Part shown: piece after piece, positions 46,852-56,915 of the stretch
How the letters are laid out: every line of letters starts with the position of its first letter
How positions within the stretch are numbered: the first letter of the stretch is position 1
From: a virus
Strand: one strand, 5' to 3'
IMG/VR virus record: IMGVR_UViG_3300028654_000009
Length of the DNA stretch: 64,000 nucleotides
Notes under the pieces: model-generated
What the model saw: the letters and a program-made list of their open reading frames with translations, nothing else
Told to the model about the DNA's origin: nothing
The model's database searches: none
Program-made: the position numbers and the translations under genes

Positions 46852-47994
46852 ATGGCTAACAAGTGGGTTAAGCAGTTGCGCCAGCTCGAAGGCGCAGTGA
46901 CACATTACCGGGACCCGTACGCTTCTGTGATTCGGAGTCCAAGCCCGTCTGTAAACTGGCTCTTTGCCAACACGCACGGACTGCCACGCGGTTACTCGAT
47001 GCTTCTTTGGGGCGAGCCCAAGGCTGGAAAGTCCCTGTTGTCGAATTCAATGACGGGACAGCTCATGCGCGACGACCCAGAGGCCATCGTGGTGAAGATC
47101 GACACCGAGTTCCGAGACGGAGGTCAGGTCACCACGCAAGTGGCGAAGGGGTTTGGAATTGACCTTGACCGTTATGTCGTCATTGAGGCGAACGACCCGA
47201 GCCACGTGTTCGACCAAATTAAGGATCAAATCGGTCCTATGGTCGAAGCCGGGGCTCCCATCGGGATGATTATCATCGACTCAATCACAGGTGTGCAAGG
47301 GCGGCAGGAAGCGGTTAGCGTTAAGGGTATCCAGGGGCGGACTTTCGGTGACCACGCTCAAACGGTCCAGATTGGCCTGAAGAGCATCCTTCCTATCCAG
47401 CGGAAGGGCAAAATCTCACTGGTCGTTTGTGCCCATGCCCGTGCCGAGATGGACCAGGCGGAAATCATGCGAGGGAACAAGACCAAGGCTGCGGCCTCGT
47501 TCGGTGTTCTTCATCACTGCGAATACTTCATCCACGTAGAGCGCAACAAGACGAAGGCCGGGCGTACTGCGGAGGACGGGACCGAGTTTATCGACGAGTC
47601 GAAGCAGGACATGGCCGACACGGGCGAGAAGACGGGCCACAAGATTCGCGTGTGGATGCAGAATTCGTCGATGGGCGGGACCGACCGTGTCGGGGAATTC
47701 ACGGTTGATTACAAGCGCGGCATTATCAATCAGCACGAAGAGTTGTTCAAGCTAGGGTACCGCCAGCATATCATTGAGCGTCCGAACCTGAAGACGTACG
47801 TTATCAATGGCAAATCTTTCAACGGAAAGGTTGCATGTTTGTCCGGAATACGCGATACTCCAGAGCTGCAGGAGTTCATCAAGAACGCTTTGTTGCTGGC
47901 CGAGAAGGAAGACCGCGTGTTGGTCAAATCGGCCCCTGAAGCTCTTGCAGAAGGAGAGAAAGATGAATCCGAGACTGAGGACACCAACGAGTAA
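46852..47994 (+). CDS. recA: RecA/UvsX recombinase
   Basis: GLPRG, GEPKAGKS, IDTE and IIIDSI motifs. Confidence 0.9.
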   Translation: MANKWVKQLRQLEGAVTHYRDPYASVIRSPSPSVNWLFANTHGLPRGYSMLLWGEPKAGKSLLSNSMTGQLMRDDPEAIVVKIDTEFRDGGQVTTQVAKGFGIDLDRYVVIEANDPSHVFDQIKDQIGPMVEAGAPIGMIIIDSITGVQGRQEAVSVKGIQGRTFGDHAQTVQIGLKSILPIQRKGKISLVVCAHARAEMDQAEIMRGNKTKAAASFGVLHHCEYFIHVERNKTKAGRTAEDGTEFIDESKQDMADTGEKTGHKIRVWMQNSSMGGTDRVGEFTVDYKRGIINQHEELFKLGYRQHIIERPNLKTYVINGKSFNGKVACLSGIRDTPELQEFIKNALLLAEKEDRVLVKSAPEALAEGEKDESETEDTNE

Positions 47995-48283
47995 CAAGCA
48001 GGCGCTGCAAGATATACCTTCTGGGGTGCCGTTCCAGTTCTATTTTGGGGGACCAGAAGTGTTCGAAGCTCTGGACCAATACCGAGAGGCCTCGAAAGGG
48101 GCCGTCTTCAGAGCGTACAAGCAGGTCGGCGTGTTTGATAGCGACGGTGAAATATGGGCCGTAAACCCATTGGTAGCTAACCGGTTCGAGCGTCCCGGGC
48201 GAGAAGTGATTGTTCTCGAAAAGGACGAGTACGGTAACCCGATGGAGGTGGAGGTCCCGAAGGCGTCGAAAGTCTCTCGATGA
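47963..48283 (+). CDS. Hypothetical protein
   Basis: AAGGAG SD before the ATG at 47963. ATGA coupling to primase. Confidence 0.55.
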   Translation: MNPRLRTPTSNKQALQDIPSGVPFQFYFGGPEVFEALDQYREASKGAVFRAYKQVGVFDSDGEIWAVNPLVANRFERPGREVIVLEKDEYGNPMEVEVPKASKVSR

Positions 48284-49251
48284 TTCGCAGAGAGATTGAC
48301 CCGGAACGGTTGTTTGATTGGCTGAAGAATTCTTCAATCGAGCATCGGACGATTGCAAAATCGTTCGTGTTCAAGTGCCCTCGGTGTCACCGCGACACGG
48401 TCTACATGTATCGCCAGAGCGGGTACTTCACCTGTCAAGCCTGCACCGACCAGGGGAAGCCGTTTCGGGGGGCACCGGAATTCTTGTTTCGGGAGCTGGT
48501 GGCCCTGACCCTTCAGGACCTACGCGAGCTTTTGTATGATAGCCCAGACGCCGCTATCAAGCTCGAAGCCAGCCTAATCGACGACCAGGACGAAGAAGAC
48601 GAGGTGGGTGAGGCCTTACCCCTGGAAGAATCGTGGCCGCTTCACTGTGTTGAGCTAATAGAGAAAGAGGCTGCCCCTGGGGTGGAGTATCTCGCTTCGC
48701 GCGGAATCCCAATTGAACTGGCGGAGGCGTATCAGATTCGGTACTCGTTCAAGGAGCGTTCGATTGCCTTCCCGATGTTGGTCTCGGGAAAGCTGTATGG
48801 GTGGCAGTACCGAATCATTGGTAGTCCTTCCAAGTTTAGACCGAAGTCGAAAAACAGTGACGGACTCCCCCGGCACAGATTTGTTTTGTTCGGGGACCTG
48901 CTTCGCGGCTGCGAACGTGCTATACTGTGTGAGGGTCCTGTGGACGCCATCAAAGCGGGGCCTGGTGGGGTTTGCACCATGGGGAAGATGGTGAGCCAGC
49001 AGCAGGTGGACCAGGTGCTGTCGTGGGGCGTCAAGGAGGTGTGTGTTGCACTGGACCCTGATGCGGCGTCGGATGTCGGGGCTCTGATATCGAAATTGAA
49101 AGGGGTGCGGGTGACGAAGGTGGAGCTGCCTTCCCGTGCAGACGGAGAGAAAGCTGACCTAGGAGCGCTATCGTTCGAGGAAGCACGTAATTCCGTGCGA
49201 GCAGCCAAGCCGTGGAATCTAGGCATGGTCAATGTTTATCTGAAAGGCTAA
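48280..49251 (+). CDS. dnaG: DNA primase
   Basis: CPRC..C..C zinc domain, YLASRGI, CEGPVDA and LDPDA TOPRIM motifs. Confidence 0.88.
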   Translation: MIRREIDPERLFDWLKNSSIEHRTIAKSFVFKCPRCHRDTVYMYRQSGYFTCQACTDQGKPFRGAPEFLFRELVALTLQDLRELLYDSPDAAIKLEASLIDDQDEEDEVGEALPLEESWPLHCVELIEKEAAPGVEYLASRGIPIELAEAYQIRYSFKERSIAFPMLVSGKLYGWQYRIIGSPSKFRPKSKNSDGLPRHRFVLFGDLLRGCERAILCEGPVDAIKAGPGGVCTMGKMVSQQQVDQVLSWGVKEVCVALDPDAASDVGALISKLKGVRVTKVELPSRADGEKADLGALSFEEARNSVRAAKPWNLGMVNVYLKG

Positions 49252-50721
49252 GTGGCTGAAAAAGACAACATAGCATTCAGTGTCCGCCAGCAACAAGCTG
49301 TTTTCGGACACGCCCTCGTGGGTCCAGAGCTGTGGGACCAGTTGGAGCAGTTCGGGGTATCGAAGTCGTGGATTGCGGACGCAGCCCTGCAGGAGCTGTG
49401 GGACCACATCGCCAGGTTTCGCAAGTATTACGCCCGCCCACCAGGCCCCGAGGAGCTAGTCGAATTTGTAGCTGCCAAAGACCCAGACCTACGGCCGGCG
49501 ATGTCTCGCCAGGTTACAGCATGCATCACCTCGGCAAACGACATCGCCCTAGACATCCTGACGAAGAATCTCTCGTCCTGGGCCAAATCACGGGTGATCG
49601 CCGACAAAATTACCAACATCGCCAAGCTGTACAATGCTGGCGAGCACGAAGCCGCAGCCAAGCTGTACGAACAGGGCTCTGTTGACCTTGAGCGTATCCG
49701 AAGCATGTCCGGGACCAAGCCAGATAAGATGGAGGACGCCATTATCCGTTTCGACGGCGAGGCAGCGCGCCGGCTAGAGGACGCAAACAACCTGACGCCT
49801 TATGGTGTCACGTTCTTGGACGACTGTTTGGGCGGCATCATTCCCAACGATTTGGTGCTTTTCGGGGCTCGCACCTCCGTGGGGAAGACCGAGCTGCTCA
49901 AAATCATCGCCCAGCACAACGCCAAACAGAAACGACGGGTGGCGTTTTTCGCGCTCGAAGCGGAAGAGGCTGAAATCGAGCGGCGAATAAAATTTGGGCT
50001 ACTCGGACGGCGCCTTCGAGGAGATGAACAGTCACTGGCGGGCTTCAACTATGCAGACTGGCGCATGGGGCGGTTGGAAAAGAGGCTGGCGAAGTTCTCT
50101 AAGTCAGTAGAGGAAGAGTTTCACGACACGTACAACACGCTGAAGACGTACTACCGTATCAAAAACGACTTCGGTCTCCCAGACCTCGACAGAGAGGTCT
50201 TGAAAATCTTTGACGAGACAGAGCTTATTATCATCGACCACCTCCAGTATTTTGACAGTGACGGAAAGAACGAAAACCACGACATGAAAATGCTCGTGAA
50301 AAAGCTGAGACACCTTGCCCTCGGACTCGGGAAGCCGATTCTAGCTATCTCCCATCTCCGGAAGGACTCCGGACAGACTCTCGCTCCAGGCCTAGACGAC
50401 TTCCACGGCTCTTCAGACATCACGAAAATCGCGACCACAGCCATCATGCTGGCTCCAGCTTGGGGGTTTTCGGCCGGGGATATCAGAGCCAACGGCTCTC
50501 CCACTTTCATTCGGATTGTCAAAAACCGTCTTGGTTCCGATCGGGTGGCGACAACCGGCGTGGCATTTTATGACCGAGCCGAGGGTACGTACACTCCCTA
50601 TTACGCTCTAGGTAGGTTTAATGCTCATGATACCTTGTGGAAGGCTCAGAAAGAGAACTTTCCAATCTGGGCCGACGGGCACCACCTACTCAAGAGCGCT
50701 AACGACGTCACAGAAGGATAG
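49252..50721 (+). CDS. dnaB: Replicative helicase
   Basis: GARTSVGKT, ALE, IIIDHL, SHL, GS.DI and KNR.G motifs. Confidence 0.9.
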   Translation: MAEKDNIAFSVRQQQAVFGHALVGPELWDQLEQFGVSKSWIADAALQELWDHIARFRKYYARPPGPEELVEFVAAKDPDLRPAMSRQVTACITSANDIALDILTKNLSSWAKSRVIADKITNIAKLYNAGEHEAAAKLYEQGSVDLERIRSMSGTKPDKMEDAIIRFDGEAARRLEDANNLTPYGVTFLDDCLGGIIPNDLVLFGARTSVGKTELLKIIAQHNAKQKRRVAFFALEAEEAEIERRIKFGLLGRRLRGDEQSLAGFNYADWRMGRLEKRLAKFSKSVEEEFHDTYNTLKTYYRIKNDFGLPDLDREVLKIFDETELIIIDHLQYFDSDGKNENHDMKMLVKKLRHLALGLGKPILAISHLRKDSGQTLAPGLDDFHGSSDITKIATTAIMLAPAWGFSAGDIRANGSPTFIRIVKNRLGSDRVATTGVAFYDRAEGTYTPYYALGRFNAHDTLWKAQKENFPIWADGHHLLKSANDVTEG

Positions 50722-50729
50722 GAGGACTT

Positions 50730-51332
50730 TTGAAGAGCGAATCAGAAGAGGCCGAGCATGATTCTCATGACACGTCACCCGTTCCCGTAGAAATAGCAGA
50801 CATCGAGCTGCGCGAAATTTACGTGCTCGATAGCGTCTCGAATTCTATGGCTGTCGCCATCACAAAGAGTCTTAGGAGAATGGAGGCGGAAGACCCCGAC
50901 CTCCCAATCACTATCGTAATAAACTCCTGCGGAGGCGAGGATGGGGCCGGATGGGCCATCTTCGATGCCATCCAGATGTGCACACCCTTGGTGATCGGGC
51001 ATGTAATCGGGAACTGTTTTTCGATTGCAACTTTGATACTGCAGGCGTGCGACGTCAGGGCTCTTTCAAAGCATTGTCGATTTATGGTTCACTGCGGGTC
51101 GGTTAGTTACTCGGGCCCCCATCAATACATCGGCCCCTACATCAATGAGTCCAACCTGCTAAATGACCAATATTACACGACAATGGCGCAGCGAGCTAAG
51201 ATGAAACCCGCCGTCTTCCGTAGGATGTGTGAAAAGGAGACGTTCCTGTCCGCCGTGGAGGCCGTGGAGGCCAATCTTGCTGACACGGTCATCCTCCCCC
51301 GCCCCCGAAAACGCCTCAAGAAAGTTGTTTAA
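50730..51332 (+). CDS. clpP: ClpP-like protease
   Basis: INSCGG, G.CFS.A..I, FMVH and FLSA.EA....LAD motifs. Confidence 0.85.
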   Translation: MKSESEEAEHDSHDTSPVPVEIADIELREIYVLDSVSNSMAVAITKSLRRMEAEDPDLPITIVINSCGGEDGAGWAIFDAIQMCTPLVIGHVIGNCFSIATLILQACDVRALSKHCRFMVHCGSVSYSGPHQYIGPYINESNLLNDQYYTTMAQRAKMKPAVFRRMCEKETFLSAVEAVEANLADTVILPRPRKRLKKVV

Positions 51333-51333
51333 C

Positions 51334-51963
51334 ATGCTCAATATCAGCACCTTCACCTCCCACAAAACCGCCATCCTAATCGTTCTCGGAGTCGTGCTGG
51401 TCGCGGTCCCGAGCTTCCTTGCCGGACGGCATTTTGCTCCAGTCGATGTTCGGACTGTAGAGACCACCAAGACTATTGAGACCCGTCACGAGCTGCAGAC
51501 CATCGTTCAAAAGGTCGACATCGAGGAGTTGAAGAAGGCGATTTCGCAGATTCAGATCAAGAACAATGTCGTCACACAGCGGGTCATCGAATACCACGCC
51601 GACGGCACCAAAGAGGTCAAGGAAACGGTAGTCAACAAGACCGAGACTGACAAGAAGACCGATACTTCTTCGGAAAAGAAGACTGACGATCAGGCGACCA
51701 CCAACACCAACGTGACAGACAACAAGCAGGTCGAGACCTCGAAGATGGTGGAGCAACTACGCAAGCCCAACTGGGGGCTGGCGGCGCAGGTGGGATTGAA
51801 CCTTCTTCATCCTATCGACGGGATCGGGAACGTTATCCCCGGCGTCCCCAAGCCAATGGTTCTGCGCTTGGTGCTGGAGCGTCGATTGTTCGGTGGCCTG
51901 TATGGCCAGGCCTGGACGGACTCCCATCTTGATGCTGGCGTTGGTTTGCGTTTAGGGTGGTAA
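51334..51963 (+). CDS. Membrane-anchored or exported protein with C-terminal amphipathic beta strands
   Basis: N-terminal TM segment, T/K/E-rich linker, ends GVGLRLGW. Confidence 0.6.
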   Translation: MLNISTFTSHKTAILIVLGVVLVAVPSFLAGRHFAPVDVRTVETTKTIETRHELQTIVQKVDIEELKKAISQIQIKNNVVTQRVIEYHADGTKEVKETVVNKTETDKKTDTSSEKKTDDQATTNTNVTDNKQVETSKMVEQLRKPNWGLAAQVGLNLLHPIDGIGNVIPGVPKPMVLRLVLERRLFGGLYGQAWTDSHLDAGVGLRLGW

Positions 51964-52212
51964 GTGACCAGGAAGTACAAATGCGTCGACATGATCGGCG
52001 CCAAACGCCACATCGTGGTGCTGACCGACGACCCTTCCACACCTGACCAGAAAGAGGCTCGCCGACAGGCGTTCCTTCAGTTGGTCTTTGTGGATGGGCT
52101 CTTCCAGGGGCTGTTGAATTGCGGGCCTTTGCCGTTTGAGACTTTGAGAATGCAGCACAACGGCCAGGCCTGGTTCGTCGAGATGGAAAATACAGAAAGG
52201 GACACACAATGA
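51964..52212 (+). CDS. Hypothetical protein
   Basis: In-operon ORF. Confidence 0.5.
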   Translation: MTRKYKCVDMIGAKRHIVVLTDDPSTPDQKEARRQAFLQLVFVDGLFQGLLNCGPLPFETLRMQHNGQAWFVEMENTERDTQ

Positions 52213-52769
52213 GCGATATCGTTTGCACAGCATGTACGGTCAAGACTGCCAAGAAGGCTCCTGTTTATGAGATTTACGATGCTCACGGTGTCCCCAGCAC
52301 CGTTGACGAGGTTTTGTTCCACAGCCGAGAGTCGTGGGCCTCTGTGGTCCATTATTTTGGCTCCGAGCCTCCCACGAACATCTTCCTCACTCACCCTCGG
52401 GTTCCTGGGGCAAAGTTCCGGGCTTCGATTCAGACCGTAGTCGAAGAGAACGACAAGGTGTTCGACGGGACCGAGAAGCAAGCCTTGAAGGCTGGCTGGG
52501 TCGAGAATGAGTTTGGCTGGGTCTGCAAGGAGTGCGCAGGGACCGAGTTCGAAATCGGCGGTTCGGCCGATGACGAAGAAGGCAACACCCTCAAGGCGGC
52601 CTTCGTGTCCGCGACTTCTGCCGAGCTGGTGGACGGGGAGGAACAGCTTGAGCACAGCAATGGTAAGCTCGCGGCCCCTACCGAGAAAGCAAAGAAGGAA
52701 AAAGTCAAGAAGCTGGTTGAGAAAATCGTCGAGGAAGAGCCCTCGATCGACATCGAAGAGGCGGAGTAA
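52209..52769 (+). CDS. Hypothetical acidic zinc-binding protein
   Basis: CTAC...CKEC. SD present. Confidence 0.65.
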   Translation: MSDIVCTACTVKTAKKAPVYEIYDAHGVPSTVDEVLFHSRESWASVVHYFGSEPPTNIFLTHPRVPGAKFRASIQTVVEENDKVFDGTEKQALKAGWVENEFGWVCKECAGTEFEIGGSADDEEGNTLKAAFVSATSAELVDGEEQLEHSNGKLAAPTEKAKKEKVKKLVEKIVEEEPSIDIEEAE

Positions 52770-52771
52770 CT

Positions 52772-53110
52772 ATGACCAGCGACCCCGACGAGATGCTCGA
52801 AGACCTTATGCGCGACGGCGAGGTGATGATCGTTTCTATCAGTCCCTCACCAACAAACGCGGGCCTTGTCGAGGTGCAGCTGGCGGTAATCTGTAGTGAC
52901 GTTTTTGCGTGGGGGTCTTCGGACTGTGAGCCGGTGTCGTTTTCCGAGCTACCAGAGGTGTATTTGGCCTGGCGCAAGGATAGGAATTATGGCACAATGC
53001 TTTGGGCGTGCAGGAAGAGGAACCGCCGACCCCAGCAAGCGTGGGAACGAAAACTGAAGGACTCGGGGCACTGGTCTAACGAGTTTGAATCACTACCGAA
53101 AGAGGGATAG
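52772..53110 (+). CDS. Hypothetical protein
   Basis: CSDVFAWGSSDCE motif. GGAG SD. Confidence 0.65.
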   Translation: MTSDPDEMLEDLMRDGEVMIVSISPSPTNAGLVEVQLAVICSDVFAWGSSDCEPVSFSELPEVYLAWRKDRNYGTMLWACRKRNRRPQQAWERKLKDSGHWSNEFESLPKEG

Positions 53111-53117
53111 GGATAAC

Positions 53118-54857
53118 ATGTTTGAGCCAAAGGGTCTGGGATTGGAGATTTTTCAGAAGCGTTATCGGGCACACCCAGACGAAACCTGGGCCATGGCCTG
53201 CAAGCGTGTCGCTGCGTTCGTGGCTTCTGCCGAGGACGGAGCTGCCCAGGTGCAGTACAGCGAGAAATTCAACTCCATCCTGGTGGAAGGCCTTTTCGCT
53301 CCTGGTGGGCGCATTATGTACGGCTCCGGGCGCCCCCGAGGTCAGCTATTGAACTGTTTCGTCATCCCTACGGCTGATAGCCGCGAAGGGTGGGGGCGCC
53401 ATCTGTCGGACACGGTGATTATTTCTGGCACGGGCGGAGGAATCGGCACGAATTTCTCTCCGATTCGACCCAAGGGCGCTCCCATTCATGGGACCGGCGG
53501 CTACGCCACAGGCCCCGTAAGCTCTATGCGCATGCAAAACGCTGCCGGCGAGGAAATCAAGGCCGGTGGTGGGCGCCGAACAGCTCTCATGAGCGCATTG
53601 GAGCACGACCACCCAAGCATTTTTGAGTTCCTGGACGCAAAACTCGACCTCGGTCAGCTCAACAACGCCAACGTGTCAGTGATTTTCGACAAAGACCCAG
53701 AGCTTTTCTTCGCAGCGGTAACGAATGACGAAAAGGTTCCCTTGACGTTTGGCGGGCGCGTGATTGCGGAGGTTCCGGCCCGCGAAATTTGGGACAAAAT
53801 CGTCAAGAACGCACTGAAGTGTGGTGAGCCTGGCGTTCTCAATGGCTATCTGGCCAACAAAACCAACAATGCGTGGTATTCGGACAAGCTTGTGTGTACG
53901 AACCCTTGCGGTGAAATCTGGCTCGCCCCGTACGATTGCTGCTGTCTGGGGGCGTTGGTGCTCCCCCGCTTTGTTCACTCCGGAGGGGTCGATTACGCGG
54001 CCCTGGGCGAGGTGGTGAACACCGCCGTTCGTTTTCTGGACAACGTCCTGACCGTCAATACGTACCCGCTGTCCGAAATCAAGGAGCAGTGTTCGTCTCT
54101 TCGACGGATCGGGCTCGGCGTGATGGGGCTCCACGACATGCTCCTGATGCTCGGCCTCAAGTACAACACCGACAAGGCCCTAGAGCTGGTCGATAAGGTG
54201 ATGGGGTTCATCAAGAACAGAGCTTACGAGGCCTCGATCGACTTGGCCAAAGAGAAGGGGTCGTTCCCGAAGTTCAATCCCGAGCTGTTTTTGCGTTCTG
54301 GCTTTGCCAAGACCCTGAAGCCCTCCGTTCGCTCGAAGATTCGAGAGTTCGGGATCAGGAACGTGGCCCTGTTGACGGTGGCCCCTACTGGAACCACCTC
54401 GATGGTCCAAGGGGTGACTTCAGGGATTGAGCCAATGTTTGCGCCCGCCTATCGTCGCAAGTTCCGAGATACGGACAACACCCTCAAGGAGGAGATCGTG
54501 ATCCATCCCCTCTTGCGGGAGTACATCGAGGCCGGCCGAAGCGTCAAGCATTTTCAGGGCGCCCACGAGCTGAAGCTGCGCGAACACTGCGAGATGCAGC
54601 GGGTGGTCCAAAAGCACCTTGACAACGCCTGCTCGAAGACAATCAACTTGCCCCCGGGCACGACCGCAGAGGAGCTGTCCGAGCTGTATATGGAATTCCT
54701 GCCAGACCTGAAGGGAATAACCGTCTATCCGGACGGGAGCAGAGAGGACCAGCCCTTGACCCCGATTTCCCTTGAGGACGCAATCAAGCATGCCAAGAAT
54801 GCGGTGGAAGCTGACATCGAGGGCGGGCGGTGCAAGTCTGGGGTTTGCGAGATTTAA
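53118..54857 (+). CDS. nrdJ: Class II (B12-dependent) ribonucleotide reductase
   Basis: PGGR, NCF, GGG.G, TNPCGE, CCLG, RRIGLG, APTGT and SKTIN motifs. C-terminal CKSGVCEI. No nrdB nearby. Confidence 0.9.
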   Translation: MFEPKGLGLEIFQKRYRAHPDETWAMACKRVAAFVASAEDGAAQVQYSEKFNSILVEGLFAPGGRIMYGSGRPRGQLLNCFVIPTADSREGWGRHLSDTVIISGTGGGIGTNFSPIRPKGAPIHGTGGYATGPVSSMRMQNAAGEEIKAGGGRRTALMSALEHDHPSIFEFLDAKLDLGQLNNANVSVIFDKDPELFFAAVTNDEKVPLTFGGRVIAEVPAREIWDKIVKNALKCGEPGVLNGYLANKTNNAWYSDKLVCTNPCGEIWLAPYDCCCLGALVLPRFVHSGGVDYAALGEVVNTAVRFLDNVLTVNTYPLSEIKEQCSSLRRIGLGVMGLHDMLLMLGLKYNTDKALELVDKVMGFIKNRAYEASIDLAKEKGSFPKFNPELFLRSGFAKTLKPSVRSKIREFGIRNVALLTVAPTGTTSMVQGVTSGIEPMFAPAYRRKFRDTDNTLKEEIVIHPLLREYIEAGRSVKHFQGAHELKLREHCEMQRVVQKHLDNACSKTINLPPGTTAEELSELYMEFLPDLKGITVYPDGSREDQPLTPISLEDAIKHAKNAVEADIEGGRCKSGVCEI

Positions 54858-54859
54858 GC

Positions 54860-54887
54860 TTGACATCCCGGCGGGATGCGGTATTGT
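54860..54887 (+). promoter_or_regulatory. Sigma70-type promoter (leaderless)
   Basis: TTGACA-N16-TATTGT-N6-ATG(54894). Confidence 0.65.
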
Positions 54888-54893
54888 CTTCCC

Positions 54894-56066
54894 ATGACAC
54901 CCGAGAGACCCGAGCTGGAAGTCCAGAAGTTCCTCCGCAAGAACCATAACCGAGACGGGCTTAACGCCCTGCATGAAACGTACGCAATCGATTTCAAGCG
55001 GCACAACGAGCACCCGAACCTGGTGCTGCTGAAGTACAACATGATCGATTCCCCCATGGGGGAGAAGATCGTCCAGGAGTGTCGCGGGCTGATTCTCGAC
55101 TCCGAAAACAACTGGGAGGTCGTGGCCTTCCCGTTCGAGAAGTTCTTCAATCTGGGAGAGTCTCACGCCGCCAAAATCGATTGGTCTCAGGCCGTGGCCG
55201 AGGAGAAGGTGGATGGCTCCATCATCACGCTGTACCACTACGCCGGCAAGTGGCATGTGTCGACGTCTGGCGTGCCGGACGCTTTGTGTTCTCCCGCCCT
55301 GGACTACCTGACGTTTGCCGAGTTGTTTTGGGCGTCCCTGCAGAACGGACCTATCGCACGCGAAGAATTTTGCGAAAAGCTGTGTGAAAATTACACGTAC
55401 GTCTTCGAGCTGACAACCCCCTACAATCGAGTGGTAGTGCGTCATGCTGACAGCAGAGTCACTCTTCTGGGGGTTAGGAACCGAATTAACTTCCATGAGG
55501 AGCCCCTGATCGATATGGGCTCCATCGGAGCCTGGGCGCTCGGCGTAGAGAGAGTCAAGCAGCCCGAGCGGCTTAGCGCTTTCCGTGGTCCAGAAGACGT
55601 GGTAGCGTACGTCCGGAATATGAACCAAGGGGCCGAGCTGACCGACGAGGGCTTCGTGGTTGTGGATTACAGCCGCAGGAACGCCACAGGCAGCTTCCCT
55701 CGCGTCAAGGTGAAGAACGCCAAGTACCTTCTGGTCCACGGCGCCAAAGACGGGCTGCTGAGCCGCAAGCGCATCCACGAGCTGGTTCGGGCTGGAGAGA
55801 CGGCGGAAGGTCTGGCGTATTTCCCGGAGCTGGCGGACGATTTCCTGAGGGCCCAGGCTCGCCACAAGCGGCTCGTCGCCGACATCGAGCTGACGTGGGC
55901 AAGCTTGAGCCACATCACGGACCAGCGGGCGTTTGCTCAGGTCGCAACCCAATATCCTTTCTCCGGGGCCCTGTTCGCTCTCAAAGCGAAGAAGACCGAA
56001 AGCGCCGGGAAGTACCTGGCCGAATCAATCACCTTTCCCGCCTATCTCAGGCTGATGGAGTGCTAG
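54894..56066 (+). CDS. T4 Rnl1-like RNA ligase
   Basis: ECRGLI, KFFN, EKVDGS, FEL..P.N..V, EGFVV and RVKVK motifs. Confidence 0.88.
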   Translation: MTPERPELEVQKFLRKNHNRDGLNALHETYAIDFKRHNEHPNLVLLKYNMIDSPMGEKIVQECRGLILDSENNWEVVAFPFEKFFNLGESHAAKIDWSQAVAEEKVDGSIITLYHYAGKWHVSTSGVPDALCSPALDYLTFAELFWASLQNGPIAREEFCEKLCENYTYVFELTTPYNRVVVRHADSRVTLLGVRNRINFHEEPLIDMGSIGAWALGVERVKQPERLSAFRGPEDVVAYVRNMNQGAELTDEGFVVVDYSRRNATGSFPRVKVKNAKYLLVHGAKDGLLSRKRIHELVRAGETAEGLAYFPELADDFLRAQARHKRLVADIELTWASLSHITDQRAFAQVATQYPFSGALFALKAKKTESAGKYLAESITFPAYLRLMEC

Positions 56067-56068
56067 TC

Positions 56069-56494
56069 ATGTCAGAAATCAAGGTCAAGAAACTCTCTAC
56101 CAAAGCTCGGATTCCCACAAAAGCCGAGCCAGGGGCCGCAGGTTTTGACCTGTATGCAAATGAGGTGGCGTATCTGCGTCCAGGGGAGATTACCAGGGTG
56201 GGCTGCGGGGTCGCTGTAGAGATCCCGCCAGGTTGGGAGGGCCAGGTGCGTGGGCGCTCGGGCCTCGCCTCCAGGGGCATCTGGGTGACCCTGGGAACCA
56301 TCGACTCCAGCTACCGAGGCGAGATCGGCGCCATCATGACCCTTATCGGGAACGTCGACTTTCACGTCGTGCATGAGGGCGACCGGATTGCCCAGCTGGT
56401 GATTTGTCCTGCTCCAGAATTTACCCTTGTGGAAACACAGGAATTGAGTCAGACTGAACGTGGGACCAAGGGGTTTGGTTCTACTGGAAAATAA
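56069..56494 (+). CDS. dut: dUTPase
   Basis: AGFDL, RSGLA, GTIDSSYRGE, GDRIAQ and RG..GFGSTG motifs. Confidence 0.95.
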   Translation: MSEIKVKKLSTKARIPTKAEPGAAGFDLYANEVAYLRPGEITRVGCGVAVEIPPGWEGQVRGRSGLASRGIWVTLGTIDSSYRGEIGAIMTLIGNVDFHVVHEGDRIAQLVICPAPEFTLVETQELSQTERGTKGFGSTGK

Positions 56495-56505
56495 GAAAGG
56501 GACAC

Positions 56506-56697
56506 ATGGCACGATATCTTGACAGCGAGAATCTGGAAATTTTCATCAAGGGCAAGTACGAAGGAGAGAGCGCCCAGGACGTGGTCGACGACGACCCGGA
56601 CTACGTGGAGTCTCTCCTCACGGGAGAAGGCCTCGACGCCGACGAGCGAGAGGTTCTGTCTACACTCTACAACGAGTGGGCGAGCTTTCAGCGATGA
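56506..56697 (+). CDS. Small acidic protein (GKYxG...DPDY motif)
   Basis: GKYEGE..DV..DDPDYV. Confidence 0.6.
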   Translation: MARYLDSENLEIFIKGKYEGESAQDVVDDDPDYVESLLTGEGLDADEREVLSTLYNEWASFQR

Positions 56698-56915
56698 GCG
56701 CTATCAACAGCACAAGTGAAGAAACGAAGCAGATTTTGGGATGCCTCTCCACTGTGGTGGTTTTGGTTCTCGCGATAGCGATCTGGGGAAGTCGCTGTGT
56801 AGCCAGCGGCAACGCCTACAACACACAAATCGCCAAAACCCATACCGATGCAATTGTAGAATGCATCAAAGCTGGACATTCGCCAGGTGATTGCAAGGGG
56901 GCTATCAATCCATGA
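56694..56915 (+). CDS. Small membrane protein
   Basis: One TM segment. C..AGHSP..C tail. Confidence 0.55.
   Translation: MSAINSTSEETKQILGCLSTVVVLVLAIAIWGSRCVASGNAYNTQIAKTHTDAIVECIKAGHSPGDCKGAINP

Noticed and set aside
51334-51963. Spanin or holin call
   Set aside because: There is no neighbouring endolysin or embedded o-spanin lipobox, so it is left as a membrane protein.
54420-55952. Long antisense ORFs (510 aa here; also 42080-43231, 33156-34199 and 26427-27497)
   Set aside because: They are shadow frames of GC-rich genes with clear motifs on the opposite strand, and they carry no motifs or SD of their own.
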